Source: Actinomycetota bacterium (GTDB lineage Bacteria > Actinomycetota > Actinomycetes > Nanopelagicales > Nanopelagicaceae). From it: a stretch of 57,867 nt of DNA. Under the pieces are notes generated by a model. That model did not search any database. It was given only the letters and a program-made list of their open reading frames with translations, and was not told the origin of the DNA. Shown one piece after another: positions 8,805-18,351 of this stretch. The position numbers and the translations under genes are program-made. Positions within the stretch are counted from its first letter, which is position 1, and each line of letters starts with the position of its first letter. The stretch covers positions 1 to 57,867 of the forward strand of contig SXYM01000011.1 of NCBI GenBank assembly GCA_005789205.1. Direction: 5' to 3'.

Positions 8805-10162
8805 TGAGCCTTCGACTCTATGACACAGCTTCTAGAAAACTTGCACCTGTCACTTCAACTAATGGCACGACAACAATGTATTGCTGTGGACCCACCGTTT
8901 ATCGGGACGCACATGTTGGAAATTTAAGAACTTTCCTTCTTTCAGATTTGGTACGCCGAGTCCTAATAGTCAATGGCGTTAATGTGAAACTTATTCAAAA
9001 CATTACTGATGTTGGGCACATGTCTGAAGATATTGAGAGTGAAGACAAAATGCTAGCCCAAGCTAGAGCTGAATCCATAGATCCATTCGCGGTGGCACGA
9101 AAATATGAGGCAGGTTTTCATACGGACTTAGCACGTCTGAATATTGAAAAGGCAGATGCTTATCCAAGAGCTAGCGAATCAATTGAGTTAATGCTTGCCA
9201 TGATTGAGCAACTAATCTCTAAGGAATTTGCATATGTGGGTGAGGATGGCACGGTCTATTTCTCTGCCCAAACATTTCCAAGTTACGGAGCGATAAGTGG
9301 TAATCGCTTAGATGCACTCAACCCTGGTCATCGCTATGAATACAGTGAAGATGGCGCTAAACGTTTTCACGCTGACTGGGCGCTCTGGAAGAACGCTGGT
9401 GATCGCAAAGAAATGATTTGGGATTCACCATGGGGTCCAGGTTTTCCTGGTTGGCATATTGAATGTTCAGCAATGTCACTTCATTTCTTGAATTCTCATA
9501 TCAATCTTCATGTTGGAGGAATTGATCTGCGTTTTCCACATCATGAAAACGAGCGAGCTCAATCAAATGCCATTACAGGAAATGAAAGCGTGGACCTATG
9601 GCTTCATGGTGAGCATCTGCTTTTTGAAGGCCGCAAGATGTCAAAAAGTGCCGGAAATGTTGTGCTTCTTCAAGATGTTATAGATCGCGGCTTTGATCCC
9701 CTTGCCGTCAGACTTTGTTTTCTAGAGAACCGTTATCGATCTCAAATGGATTTAACGTGGGCCTCAATAGAGGCTGCTGACTCAACGTTGAAGCGTTGGC
9801 GTAAAAAGGTAAAGACATGGGGAACACAAATTTCTGTGAAAGATACAGGGTTCTTAGAGATTCTCGATAACGATTTAGATACGCCAAAGGCCATTCAATA
9901 TCTGCGCACTTTGGAGAAGAATGAAAAAATCAATAATCGCGCAGCGCTTTTTCTATTTGCAGATCAGATATTGGGGCTTGATCTTGCCAGAGAAGAAGTC
10001 ATTCGTGCTTTATCCTTAGAACAAGAAGAAATTCTTAAACTGCGCCAGATTGCAAGAGATGAAAAGCGATGGGCAGAGAGTGACGAGTTAAGAGTAAAAC
10101 TAGAGCACAGTGGCCTTGAAATTATGGATGGTCCTGATGGGCAAACTTGGAATTGGCGTTAA
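8804..10162 (+). CDS. cysS: cysteine--tRNA ligase
   Basis: CGPTVY..AHVGN (HIGH-like), WDSPWG.GFPGWHIECSAMS, GGIDLRFPHHENE, KMSKS and an anticodon-domain tail (ARDEKRWAESDELR). Confidence 0.92.
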   Translation: MSLRLYDTASRKLAPVTSTNGTTTMYCCGPTVYRDAHVGNLRTFLLSDLVRRVLIVNGVNVKLIQNITDVGHMSEDIESEDKMLAQARAESIDPFAVARKYEAGFHTDLARLNIEKADAYPRASESIELMLAMIEQLISKEFAYVGEDGTVYFSAQTFPSYGAISGNRLDALNPGHRYEYSEDGAKRFHADWALWKNAGDRKEMIWDSPWGPGFPGWHIECSAMSLHFLNSHINLHVGGIDLRFPHHENERAQSNAITGNESVDLWLHGEHLLFEGRKMSKSAGNVVLLQDVIDRGFDPLAVRLCFLENRYRSQMDLTWASIEAADSTLKRWRKKVKTWGTQISVKDTGFLEILDNDLDTPKAIQYLRTLEKNEKINNRAALFLFADQILGLDLAREEVIRALSLEQEEILKLRQIARDEKRWAESDELRVKLEHSGLEIMDGPDGQTWNWR

Positions 10163-10470
10163 GCAGGAAGCAAAACAGCAACGACTAAAGCTAGAAATCC
10201 AATATTGATGAGTGATATCCCAATAGAAGTACCTTCAATTAGGTACTCCTGATTGATGCCTGGAAATCCTGCTCGTAAGACTACGAAGGTCCAAGCTGCT
10301 GCAGCCAATACTTTTAGGGTTCGCCCACCCCACAAGCGACCAATGCTCCAAATACCGACCAAGGTTGCAAGTAGAACAAAGATCAAACCAAATGGAACTA
10401 ATGATGCATGCAGAAAAACTGAACCCGCCCCAAGTCCAGCACCAATCACAATTGCGTAGATTTTTCGCAT
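10159..10470 (-). CDS. small membrane protein (DUF6113-like, typical downstream of mshB)
   Basis: About four hydrophobic segments; TAATG coupling to mshB. Family name inferred from synteny. Confidence 0.6.
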   Translation of the reverse strand: MRKIYAIVIGAGLGAGSVFLHASLVPFGLIFVLLATLVGIWSIGRLWGGRTLKVLAAAAWTFVVLRAGFPGINQEYLIEGTSIGISLINIGFLALVVAVLLPA

Positions 10471-11324
10471 TACAGGATAACTCCGGAAGTTAAGTCACTT
10501 TCACGGCCTTGTTCATCAAAAGGCCCACTCTTTGGCCCTTTAACTAGTGTGTAGTACTCATGGCCCCAGACTTGTAAACCTAAGTTGTTTGAAAGGGCAA
10601 AAAATGGCCCATCTAATGCAATCTGTGTTTCATGAGCCTTCATTGCTGCCATCTTGGCATCAACAAAATCATTACCATCAATTAAAGTGGTTACAAATGA
10701 ATCATCTTTTGCAAATGGTAGATCATCAATGCTTTCTGCTCCAAAGAAATCAGAGCCAATCTCTTTCATGGCTTCCATCCCTTGTGCGATAACTGATTTA
10801 GGAACCGTATTCCAATAAATTTTTTGGATTTGCCACATTGCTAGCTCACTTGCCCTCATAGCAACTAAATGCGCTTTAATATGATCTGGATGTCCATAGC
10901 CACCGATTTCATCATAAGTAATCAAAACATGAGGCTTTACCTCTTCAATGATTTTGACTAACTCACCGGCTGCTGAATCCAAATCTTCTTGCCAAAAAAC
11001 ATCAGGACGATTATTAGGTTCCGTTCCCATCATTCCACTATCTCGATAGTTTCCAAGGAATCTAAAGTCTGTAACGCCAAGTGCTTTCATGGCCATTGCT
11101 AATTCAATTTCGCGGTGCTTTCCTAATTCATCTTTTTCGCTGCTAGCCAGATGAGAAAGTGATGGGACTAAAACTTCTCCCTCTTCACCACGAGTGCACG
11201 TCACTAAAGTTACTTGTGCGCCGAGAGAAGCATAAAGGGCCATAGTTGCACCGTTATTAATAGTTTCATCATCTGGGTGCGCGTGCACAAGCAAAATTCG
11301 ATAGCCCTGATAAGAATTTTTCAC
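10470..11324 (-). CDS. mshB: GlcNAc-Ins deacetylase (mycothiol biosynthesis)
   Basis: LLVHAHPDDE, VTCTRGEEGEV, YRDSGMMG, GGYGHPDHI, AHETQI, FALSNN; start set to GTG 11324 (GTGA overlap with the moeZ stop). Confidence 0.92.
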   Translation of the reverse strand: MKNSYQGYRILLVHAHPDDETINNGATMALYASLGAQVTLVTCTRGEEGEVLVPSLSHLASSEKDELGKHREIELAMAMKALGVTDFRFLGNYRDSGMMGTEPNNRPDVFWQEDLDSAAGELVKIIEEVKPHVLITYDEIGGYGHPDHIKAHLVAMRASELAMWQIQKIYWNTVPKSVIAQGMEAMKEIGSDFFGAESIDDLPFAKDDSFVTTLIDGNDFVDAKMAAMKAHETQIALDGPFFALSNNLGLQVWGHEYYTLVKGPKSGPFDEQGRESDLTSGVIL

Positions 11325-12454
11325 TGCTTCTCCCATGCAAGTATTCCCCCGCCGAGATGGCGTGAATTTATAAAGCCTGCCCCTTGAATGATGGCTAGAC
11401 AATGTGCAGATCTAACCCCAGAGCGACAATGAAGAATAATCTCTTTATCTCTGGGAAGTAGATCTAAAGCTGTTGCGTCGAAAAAACCAGCCTTAGGAAT
11501 CAATACTGAACCAGGGATTCTAGAGCTCGCAAATTCTTCAGGTTCTCTGACATCGATGAGAATAAAGTCATCATTTGCCGCAAACTTCTTCTTTAGCTCT
11601 TCAACGGAGATTTCTGGTGCTGAAGCTACGCCGCAAAAACTTTCATAGTTCTCTAAAAGGCTCACCTGCGTTGGCTTCTCACCGCAAATTACACAGAGTG
11701 GGTTTTTGTGAATATCAATCTTTGAATGCTCTGCCTCCAACGCTTCATAGATCATGAGCTTTCCAATTTGAAGCTCACCTATGCCAGTGATTGCTTTAAT
11801 CACTTCATTGACTTGAATCGAAGCAACAGAGGCGCATAACACACCAAACACACCTGCATCTGCACAGCTTTGGACTGACCCTGGTACAGGAGGTTCTGGA
11901 TGCAGACAGCGATAGCACGGACCGAGGGTGCTCCAAAAAACTGCAGCTTGCCCATCAAAGCGATTTACTGAACCCCACACATAAGGTTTATTAAGTAAGA
12001 CTGCCGCATCGTTAATCAAGTAGCGCGTTGCGAAGTTATCTGTGGCATCAATGACTATGTCGTAGTCTGCCATAATTTCAAAAACATTTGAGGGGTTGAT
12101 TCTTACTAGATAAGTAATCACTGAAACTAATGGGTTACTCTCTTCAATTTTTGATTTAGCAACATTAACTTTCTTTTTTCCGATATCGGACTGGCCATAA
12201 AGGACTTGGCGGTGCAGATTAGTTTCATCAACATTATCGAAATCAACTATTCCAATAGTTCCAACGCCAGCTGATGCTAAGTACATAAGCGCTGGTGAAC
12301 CAAGACCACCTGCACCGATGCACAAAACTTTTGCATTCCGGATGCGCTCTTGACCACTTGCTTGAATCTGTGGAATAACAATCTGGCGACTATATCGACG
12401 CGCTTGTTGCGCACTCAGCGCTGGGCCAGAATTTACAAGCGGTGGTGTTTTCAT
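11321..12454 (-). CDS. moeZ: MoeB/ThiF adenylyltransferase with C-terminal rhodanese domain (MoeZ type)
   Basis: RRYSRQ, IGAGGLGSP, DETNLHRQ, DNFATRY, CYRC, and a rhodanese domain DVREPEE...HCRSGVRS. Confidence 0.9.
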   Translation of the reverse strand: MKTPPLVNSGPALSAQQARRYSRQIVIPQIQASGQERIRNAKVLCIGAGGLGSPALMYLASAGVGTIGIVDFDNVDETNLHRQVLYGQSDIGKKKVNVAKSKIEESNPLVSVITYLVRINPSNVFEIMADYDIVIDATDNFATRYLINDAAVLLNKPYVWGSVNRFDGQAAVFWSTLGPCYRCLHPEPPVPGSVQSCADAGVFGVLCASVASIQVNEVIKAITGIGELQIGKLMIYEALEAEHSKIDIHKNPLCVICGEKPTQVSLLENYESFCGVASAPEISVEELKKKFAANDDFILIDVREPEEFASSRIPGSVLIPKAGFFDATALDLLPRDKEIILHCRSGVRSAHCLAIIQGAGFINSRHLGGGILAWEKQ

Positions 12455-12536
12455 AGGGAGTTAATTCTGCCGTATTCACGCATGTGTTGCTACAGCTAGT
12501 AGCACATTCGCCTATAGAGCCTCTACGATTACACCA

Positions 12537-13148
12537 ATGAGCACTTTTGATTCATCAAATAAGCCGCGTTTGCCTCGTGACGAGCGTCGCGCACTTTTGC
12601 TCTCAGCAGCCCTAGAGGTTTTTACTGCTGCTGGTTATCACTCTGCGGCTATGGATGAAATCGCAGATCGCGCAAATGTTAGCAAGCCAGTTTTATATCA
12701 GCACTTTCCGTCAAAGTTAGAGCTTTATCTTGCAGTTCTTGATTTACATATCGACTCATTAGTTTTTGAAATTCAGAGAGCTATCGCCTCGACTCCTGAC
12801 AACGCTAATCGCGTGCATGCCACTGTAGATGCATATTTTGCTTTTATCGAAAAAGAGGGTGAAGCATTCAAACTTCTCTTTGAGAGTGATATGAGTGTTG
12901 AGCCATCTGTGCGTGAGCGCCTTAATCGTATGACTTATGACTGCGCAGCTGCTGCTAGTGCCGTAATTTCTATTGATACAGGTCTTCCAAAAGAAGCTTC
13001 AATGCTCTTAGGTGTTGGAATGATTGGCTATGCCCAAGTAACAGCACGACATTGGTTAGATCGAGATAGTGCATTAACGCGTGAACAGGCAGTTGAATTG
13101 GTCAACAACCTCATGTGGCGAGGAATTTCGGGTTTCCCTCGCAATTAA
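12537..13148 (+). CDS. TetR/AcrR family transcriptional regulator
   Basis: N-terminal HTH GYHSAAMDEIADRANVSKPVLYQHFPSK. Confidence 0.93.
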   Translation: MSTFDSSNKPRLPRDERRALLLSAALEVFTAAGYHSAAMDEIADRANVSKPVLYQHFPSKLELYLAVLDLHIDSLVFEIQRAIASTPDNANRVHATVDAYFAFIEKEGEAFKLLFESDMSVEPSVRERLNRMTYDCAAAASAVISIDTGLPKEASMLLGVGMIGYAQVTARHWLDRDSALTREQAVELVNNLMWRGISGFPRN

Positions 13149-13167
13149 CTCCGATAGGATTACTTCT

Positions 13168-13206
13168 ATGAGCTCCACTAATGAACAAATTTCTGGCGCC
13201 GCTTAA
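13168..13206 (+). CDS. candidate leaderless upstream ORF, MSSTNEQISGAA (12 aa)
   Basis: TAGGAT (13155-13160) plus 7 nt precedes ATG 13168; TAA ends 1 nt before the helicase GTG at 13208. Confidence 0.4.
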   Translation: MSSTNEQISGAA

Positions 13207-13207
13207 C

Positions 13208-14542
13208 GTGTCGAAAACTTTCGCAGAACTCCCACTACGTCCTGAAACCATTGAGGCACTTCATGCTAATGGCTTCATCGCTCCATTTGCCATTCAAGAG
13301 ATGGTTTTACCCATTGCACTCAGTGATGGTGATGTTATTGGTCAAGCTAAAACAGGTACAGGAAAGACTCTGGCTTTCGGCGTCCCTGTTATTGAGAGAG
13401 TTATTGCACCAAATGACAAAGAGTGGGCAGATTTTGAGCACAAAGGAATGCCGCAGGTTCTCATCGTGGTTCCAACGCGCGAACTTTGTACTCAGGTCAC
13501 AAAAGACATTGAAGAGTTAGCAAGTAATCGTGGAGTTAGAACATTAGCAGTTTATGGTGGACGCGCATTCGAACCACAAATTGAAGCCCTACAAGCTGGA
13601 ATTGAAATCGTTGTTGGAACACCAGGTCGCTTGCTAGATCTTTCTCGCCAAGGGCAACTTCGGTTAAAGCAAGTTTCACGCTTAGTCCTAGATGAAGCAG
13701 ATGAGATGTTAGATCTTGGTTTCTTGCCAGATGTTGAAAAGATTTTGGCAAACACTCCAAATCGCATGCAAACTATGTTGTTCTCAGCAACTATGCCTGG
13801 AGACATCATCGCTCTTGCCCGCCGCTTTATGAATCAACCTATTCATATTCGAACTCAAGATTCAGAAGATGAAGGCGCTGTGGTCACACGTATCAAGCAG
13901 CATGTTCTACGCGCTCATGCAATGGATAAGATTGAAATGCTTGCCCGTATCTTGCAGGCCGAAGGTCGTGGCCCAACAATGGTTTTCTGCCGCACCAAGC
14001 GCACCTGCCAAAAGACGGCAGAAGACTTAATGGAGCGAGGCTTTAAAGCCGCGCCTATCCATGGAGATCTTGGTCAAAGTGCACGTGAAAAAGCTTTGGG
14101 TGATTTCAAAGCTGGCAAATCAAATGTGCTTGTTGCAACAGATGTTGCCGCTCGTGGAATTGATATTGATGGAATTACACATGTAATTAATTACCAGTGC
14201 CCTGAAGATGAAAAAACTTACGTGCATCGTATTGGTCGCACAGCACGTGCCGGAGCACATGGAATCGCAGTCACATTCGTTGACTGGGATGAATTAGCTA
14301 GATGGAAGATGATTAACCAGGTTCTAGATCTCGGTTTAGCTGAACCAGAAGAGACTTATTCTTCTTCCCCACACCTCTATGAAGTTCTAGATATCCCAGC
14401 AGGTTCCACGGGGCGAATCACTAAGAGCAAGCCTGTAATACAACAAAAGGCTACCCCTGAAAAACGTGTTGAGAAGAAGGTTGAATCAAAGCCAAAAGTT
14501 GAGCGAACTCGCACACGTACTAAGAAGTTTAAAGAGAGTTAA
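13208..14542 (+). CDS. DEAD-box RNA helicase (RhlE-like)
   Basis: Q motif, AKTGTGKT, PTREL, TPGRL, DEAD, SAT, ARGID, HRIGRTAR; likely start GTG 13208 (track start 13181). Confidence 0.95.
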   Translation: MSKTFAELPLRPETIEALHANGFIAPFAIQEMVLPIALSDGDVIGQAKTGTGKTLAFGVPVIERVIAPNDKEWADFEHKGMPQVLIVVPTRELCTQVTKDIEELASNRGVRTLAVYGGRAFEPQIEALQAGIEIVVGTPGRLLDLSRQGQLRLKQVSRLVLDEADEMLDLGFLPDVEKILANTPNRMQTMLFSATMPGDIIALARRFMNQPIHIRTQDSEDEGAVVTRIKQHVLRAHAMDKIEMLARILQAEGRGPTMVFCRTKRTCQKTAEDLMERGFKAAPIHGDLGQSAREKALGDFKAGKSNVLVATDVAARGIDIDGITHVINYQCPEDEKTYVHRIGRTARAGAHGIAVTFVDWDELARWKMINQVLDLGLAEPEETYSSSPHLYEVLDIPAGSTGRITKSKPVIQQKATPEKRVEKKVESKPKVERTRTRTKKFKES

Positions 14543-15150
14543 GTAGTAACAAAAACTCGAACTGCATCCACCAACATCTGAACTGCAATGGCTGCAAGTA
14601 ACAGACCAGCAATGCGTGCCACAAGTGTCACTCCAGCTTCCTTAATTACTTTCATAATGGTTGTGGAAGCCATTAGCGCTGCTGCAATAGCAATATGAAC
14701 AGCAATAACAGCGCCAACTAAGCCCGCAGCCATGCTTGGGCTATCGATTTGCTGAACGAAAATCATCGTTGCAACGATTGCACCAGGTCCAGCAAGTAAA
14801 GGTGTTCCTAGAGGCACAAGTGCAATATTTTCATCTTTAGAATCACCGCGACCACTCCCCTTGCCTCCGGTTAAAAGGTCTAACGAGATAAGCAAAAGTA
14901 GCAGTGCACCAGCAGCTTGTAATGCTGCGATTGAGACATTGAGATAGCTCAAAATAAAGCGACCAAATAATGCAAACATCGAAATCACAAGCAGAGAAAC
15001 GAAAGCTGCTTTGATAGCAAGAATCCTGCGCTCTTTTGCAGATTTATCTGCAACTAGGGCCAAGAAAATTGGCGTGGCACCGGGTGGATCCATGATTACA
15101 AATAATGTTACAAATGATTGGACGGCAAAGGTTAAAGCACTAACTTTCAT
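14539..15150 (-). CDS. MarC family membrane protein
   Basis: LFVIMDPPG, VPLGTPLLAGPGAI, RIAGLLLAAIAVQM. Confidence 0.92.
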   Translation of the reverse strand: MKVSALTFAVQSFVTLFVIMDPPGATPIFLALVADKSAKERRILAIKAAFVSLLVISMFALFGRFILSYLNVSIAALQAAGALLLLLISLDLLTGGKGSGRGDSKDENIALVPLGTPLLAGPGAIVATMIFVQQIDSPSMAAGLVGAVIAVHIAIAAALMASTTIMKVIKEAGVTLVARIAGLLLAAIAVQMLVDAVRVFVTT

Positions 15151-15992
15151 GCCACTACCACCCTTCGTTTATCGGCAAGAGATTCCAGCTTTTCCCATTG
15201 AGCAGGGCTGGTTTGGAACTCTGCAAGTGCGTTGAGTTTACCGCTTCCGTGATAGTCGCTGGAGCCAGTTATTACTAAATCTAATTCTGTGGCAATTGAG
15301 CGCAACATCGCTCTTTCCTCTGGATTTTGATCCCTGTGATCAACTTCTATTCCGTTTAATCCAGCAGCAACTAACTCTTGAAAATCATTTGCCTTAAGAA
15401 TTTGACCACGATGTGACGCAAAAGGATGTGCAATAACAGCTACTCCTCCAGCCTTTCGAATCATTGCAATTGCTTGAGCAGGAGTGGGTGCTGCATGAGA
15501 AACATAAAACTCAGAATCATTATTGAGCATGCCTTGAAATGCTTCATCGCGCGTGCTTATCACTCCCTTGTTTACTAAGGCGTCAGCTAAATGAGGGCGA
15601 CCTAGAGTTGCACCTTCAGGGCGCGCAGCTTGAACATCTGCCATTGAAATATCAATTCCAGCTGCTTGCATCTTTTCAACCATCTTGCGCATCCGCGGTA
15701 GTCGTCCATCGCGCGTTTCCTCAAGCATGACTTGCATCTGCTCATGTGCACCATCAAAGAGAAGCCCCAACATATGCACACTAATGCCGTCTTCGGTTAA
15801 GCATGAAATTTCACTGCCCAGTACTAGTTGTAAATTGCCGCGTAAGCTTTCACTAGCCTCTTGCCAACTAGAAGTGGTGTCGTGATCACTGATACCCAGA
15901 ACCGTTAACCCTTGAACTATTGCTTTATTTATTAGTTCACGGGGACTATCTGTTCCGTCGCTTTTGTTGGTGTGCGTGTGTAAATCAATCAT
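15147..15992 (-). CDS. PHP-domain metal-dependent phosphoesterase (TrpH/YciV-like)
   Basis: MIDLHTH..SDG, SDHDT, GRPHLA, AHP, GSSDYHG; start ATG 15992 overlaps the DMT stop. Confidence 0.92.
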   Translation of the reverse strand: MIDLHTHTNKSDGTDSPRELINKAIVQGLTVLGISDHDTTSSWQEASESLRGNLQLVLGSEISCLTEDGISVHMLGLLFDGAHEQMQVMLEETRDGRLPRMRKMVEKMQAAGIDISMADVQAARPEGATLGRPHLADALVNKGVISTRDEAFQGMLNNDSEFYVSHAAPTPAQAIAMIRKAGGVAVIAHPFASHRGQILKANDFQELVAAGLNGIEVDHRDQNPEERAMLRSIATELDLVITGSSDYHGSGKLNALAEFQTSPAQWEKLESLADKRRVVVA

Positions 15993-16894
15993 GGAGCCAG
16001 CTCCACAACACCAGGTCTTGAGCGAGTCACAACTAAAACACATCCAATTAATATCAAGGCGATTCCAGGCAAAATTCCAAGTGGGGGTTTTTGTCCAAGC
16101 CACCAAATGGCAAGTAGAGAACTCACAGGCACTTCAAAAAATATAATGAGAGAAACTATTGCTGGTGATACTCGCTTAAGAGCGGCATTAAACATTGAAT
16201 GGCCCAAAATCTGTGCGCCAACAACTAGACCTAAAAGAATCCACCATTCGCGCCCAGCAAAATTAAATATTGGAAAACCCATCAACAACGCCATTGGCAG
16301 CGCAGTTATGGCACAAACAAAATAGCAAACTGTCGTGTACACAGTCGTCTCCACTGTGCGCTGTGCTCGCGAACCAGCCATGATGTAGAGAGCAGCCAAA
16401 GCTGCAGAAATGAGTGCAGCAATATCTCCTAAAAATGCTCGAAGAGAAATCTGTAAATCAATCCCTGAAATCAATAGCACGCCTGAAAAGCTAACGACCA
16501 TCCCAAGCCAGGCTTTGGAAGGAATATATCCACCACTGAGCTTTACAAACAAAGCTGCAAAAATTGGTTGGAGTGCAACAAGTGCCGTACCTGCTGCAAC
16601 TGTTGTACAGCGCATTGCTAGAAAGAATCCAACGAAGTGAATAGCTAAAATAAAGCCGGCAATAACCGACCACTTAATTCCTTCACGATCTTTTGGATGT
16701 TTGAGAGCAAAGGGAAGTGTTAATAACGACCCACCAAGGTTTCTCCAAAAAATCAGCGTGGGAATTGACATTGCACTCATAGCAATAAGTGGGCCTGAAG
16801 TTCCAATGCCCATGATTCCAATACCTAGGCGAATTAAGTCTGGTCTTGCCGGAATAGTTGTGTGACTATTGCGCGAATCTGCTTGCGAACTCAA
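15989..16894 (-). CDS. DMT/EamA family transporter
   Basis: About ten TM helices with two EamA-like repeats (LQPIFAAL, GHSMFN..EVPVSSLLA). Confidence 0.88.
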   Translation of the reverse strand: MSSQADSRNSHTTIPARPDLIRLGIGIMGIGTSGPLIAMSAMSIPTLIFWRNLGGSLLTLPFALKHPKDREGIKWSVIAGFILAIHFVGFFLAMRCTTVAAGTALVALQPIFAALFVKLSGGYIPSKAWLGMVVSFSGVLLISGIDLQISLRAFLGDIAALISAALAALYIMAGSRAQRTVETTVYTTVCYFVCAITALPMALLMGFPIFNFAGREWWILLGLVVGAQILGHSMFNAALKRVSPAIVSLIIFFEVPVSSLLAIWWLGQKPPLGILPGIALILIGCVLVVTRSRPGVVELAP

Positions 16895-18021
16895 TTGTTC
16901 TCCGCAGAAATACCTAGGCGAACACCCACTAGAGATTTGCTTCTCTTAACAAGAATTTCTGCAATCGCAAGAATTGACTGCGCAGATTCAGAATCAGGAG
17001 CAGCTTGAACTAGCGGTACTCCATCATCGCCACCGGTTCTAAGTTCTGGATTAAAAGCAATCTTGCCAAGAAGCGGAACATCGATGCCAACAAGTGCTGA
17101 TAAGCGCCGTGAGGTTTCTTCACCACCACCGGAACCGAAGAGTGCAATCTTCTCACCGCATGTTGGACAGCCATATTCAGACATGTTTTCAATGACACCA
17201 ATTACACGTTGATGAATTTGGTGCGCAATTCTCCCGGCACGTTCGGCAACCTCGGCTGCAGCAATTTGAGGTGTTGTTACTACAACTATCTCTGAGTTTG
17301 GAATGAGTTGTCCCAGAGAAATTGCTAAATCACCAGTACCAGGAGGAAGATCAATGAGCAAAACATCTAGATCACCCCAGTGAGCATCTGAAAGAAGTTG
17401 CTCAAGCACGCGGTGTAATAGTGGCCCACGATAAGCAACTGGATCTGAGCGCTCTGGCTTAAACATCTCCATTGAAACAACTTTTACGCCAAAAGACTCT
17501 AGCGGGATAAAGAGCTGATCAATAGCAGTTGGTCGCTGGCCCATTAAGCCCATTAAACGAGGAATTGAGTGACCATAGACATCTGCATCCAAAATTCCAA
17601 CGCGTAAACCTTTTTTGGCAAATGCAACTCCTAAGTTTGCAGTTACAGATGACTTTCCAACTCCACCTTTTCCAGAAGCAATGCCAATAACTCGTGTGAG
17701 GGACTCTGGCTGGGCAAAGGTAATTGTCTTTTCACGGCCACCGCGAACAACTTTTTTAACATAATCGCGTTGCTCTTGTGACATGACTCCAAAAGCTAAT
17801 TCAACGCTCTTCACTCCTTCGACATTCTTCAGAGCCGTAGTGATATCACCACGTAGTCGATCTTGCATTGGACAACCAGAAATCGTTAGCAAAACTTTAA
17901 TACTCACGTCGCCATTGACCTCAGTAAGCTCTTCAACCATTCCAAGTTCAGTTATCGAACGATGTAGTTCGGGGTCCTGAACCTTTGAGAGTGCATCATT
18001 AAGTGAATCGATAAAGTTCAT
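16891..18021 (-). CDS. mrp: Mrp/NBP35 Fe-S cluster carrier ATPase
   Basis: VQDPEL N-terminal domain, ASGKGGVGKS, DADVYG, DLPPGTGD, ENMS..CPTC. Confidence 0.94.
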   Translation of the reverse strand: MNFIDSLNDALSKVQDPELHRSITELGMVEELTEVNGDVSIKVLLTISGCPMQDRLRGDITTALKNVEGVKSVELAFGVMSQEQRDYVKKVVRGGREKTITFAQPESLTRVIGIASGKGGVGKSSVTANLGVAFAKKGLRVGILDADVYGHSIPRLMGLMGQRPTAIDQLFIPLESFGVKVVSMEMFKPERSDPVAYRGPLLHRVLEQLLSDAHWGDLDVLLIDLPPGTGDLAISLGQLIPNSEIVVVTTPQIAAAEVAERAGRIAHQIHQRVIGVIENMSEYGCPTCGEKIALFGSGGGEETSRRLSALVGIDVPLLGKIAFNPELRTGGDDGVPLVQAAPDSESAQSILAIAEILVKRSKSLVGVRLGISAENN

Positions 18022-18323
18022 ATGAGGTCTGGGTCAATCTTTGCAGTTGGTCGCTTTGGTTTTGTTGCTGGAGTTTCATCCAACAAATCACCCAACTGTT
18101 TTTTAACAAAAGTCTTTGGATGTAGATCTGCTGGCTGAAGATTTTCAAAGCCAGGTCCTAAGTTCTCTCTAAGTTCAGCAGTTGCTGTCTGTGACAATGT
18201 GCGAACCTTCTTTACCCACTTTGCCGCCTCTGCAGCAGCCTTTGGAAGTCGCTCTGGACCCAGCAAAAGCATTCCCACAATAGCCAGGCCGAGAATTTCA
18301 CCCGCACCGAGATCAAAGAACAT
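18018..18323 (-). CDS. tatB: twin-arginine translocase subunit TatB
   Basis: MFFDLGAGE...LLGPERLP, amphipathic helix, DLHPKTFV; lies between htrA and mrp. Confidence 0.88.
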   Translation of the reverse strand: MFFDLGAGEILGLAIVGMLLLGPERLPKAAAEAAKWVKKVRTLSQTATAELRENLGPGFENLQPADLHPKTFVKKQLGDLLDETPATKPKRPTAKIDPDLI

Positions 18324-18351
18324 AGCGAAAGCCTACCTGCTAATTCAGTCT

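Noticed and set aside
8804-10162. cysS as MshC because it is near mshB
   Set aside because: It has CGPTVY rather than MshC-type CGITPY and keeps the C-terminal anticodon-binding region.
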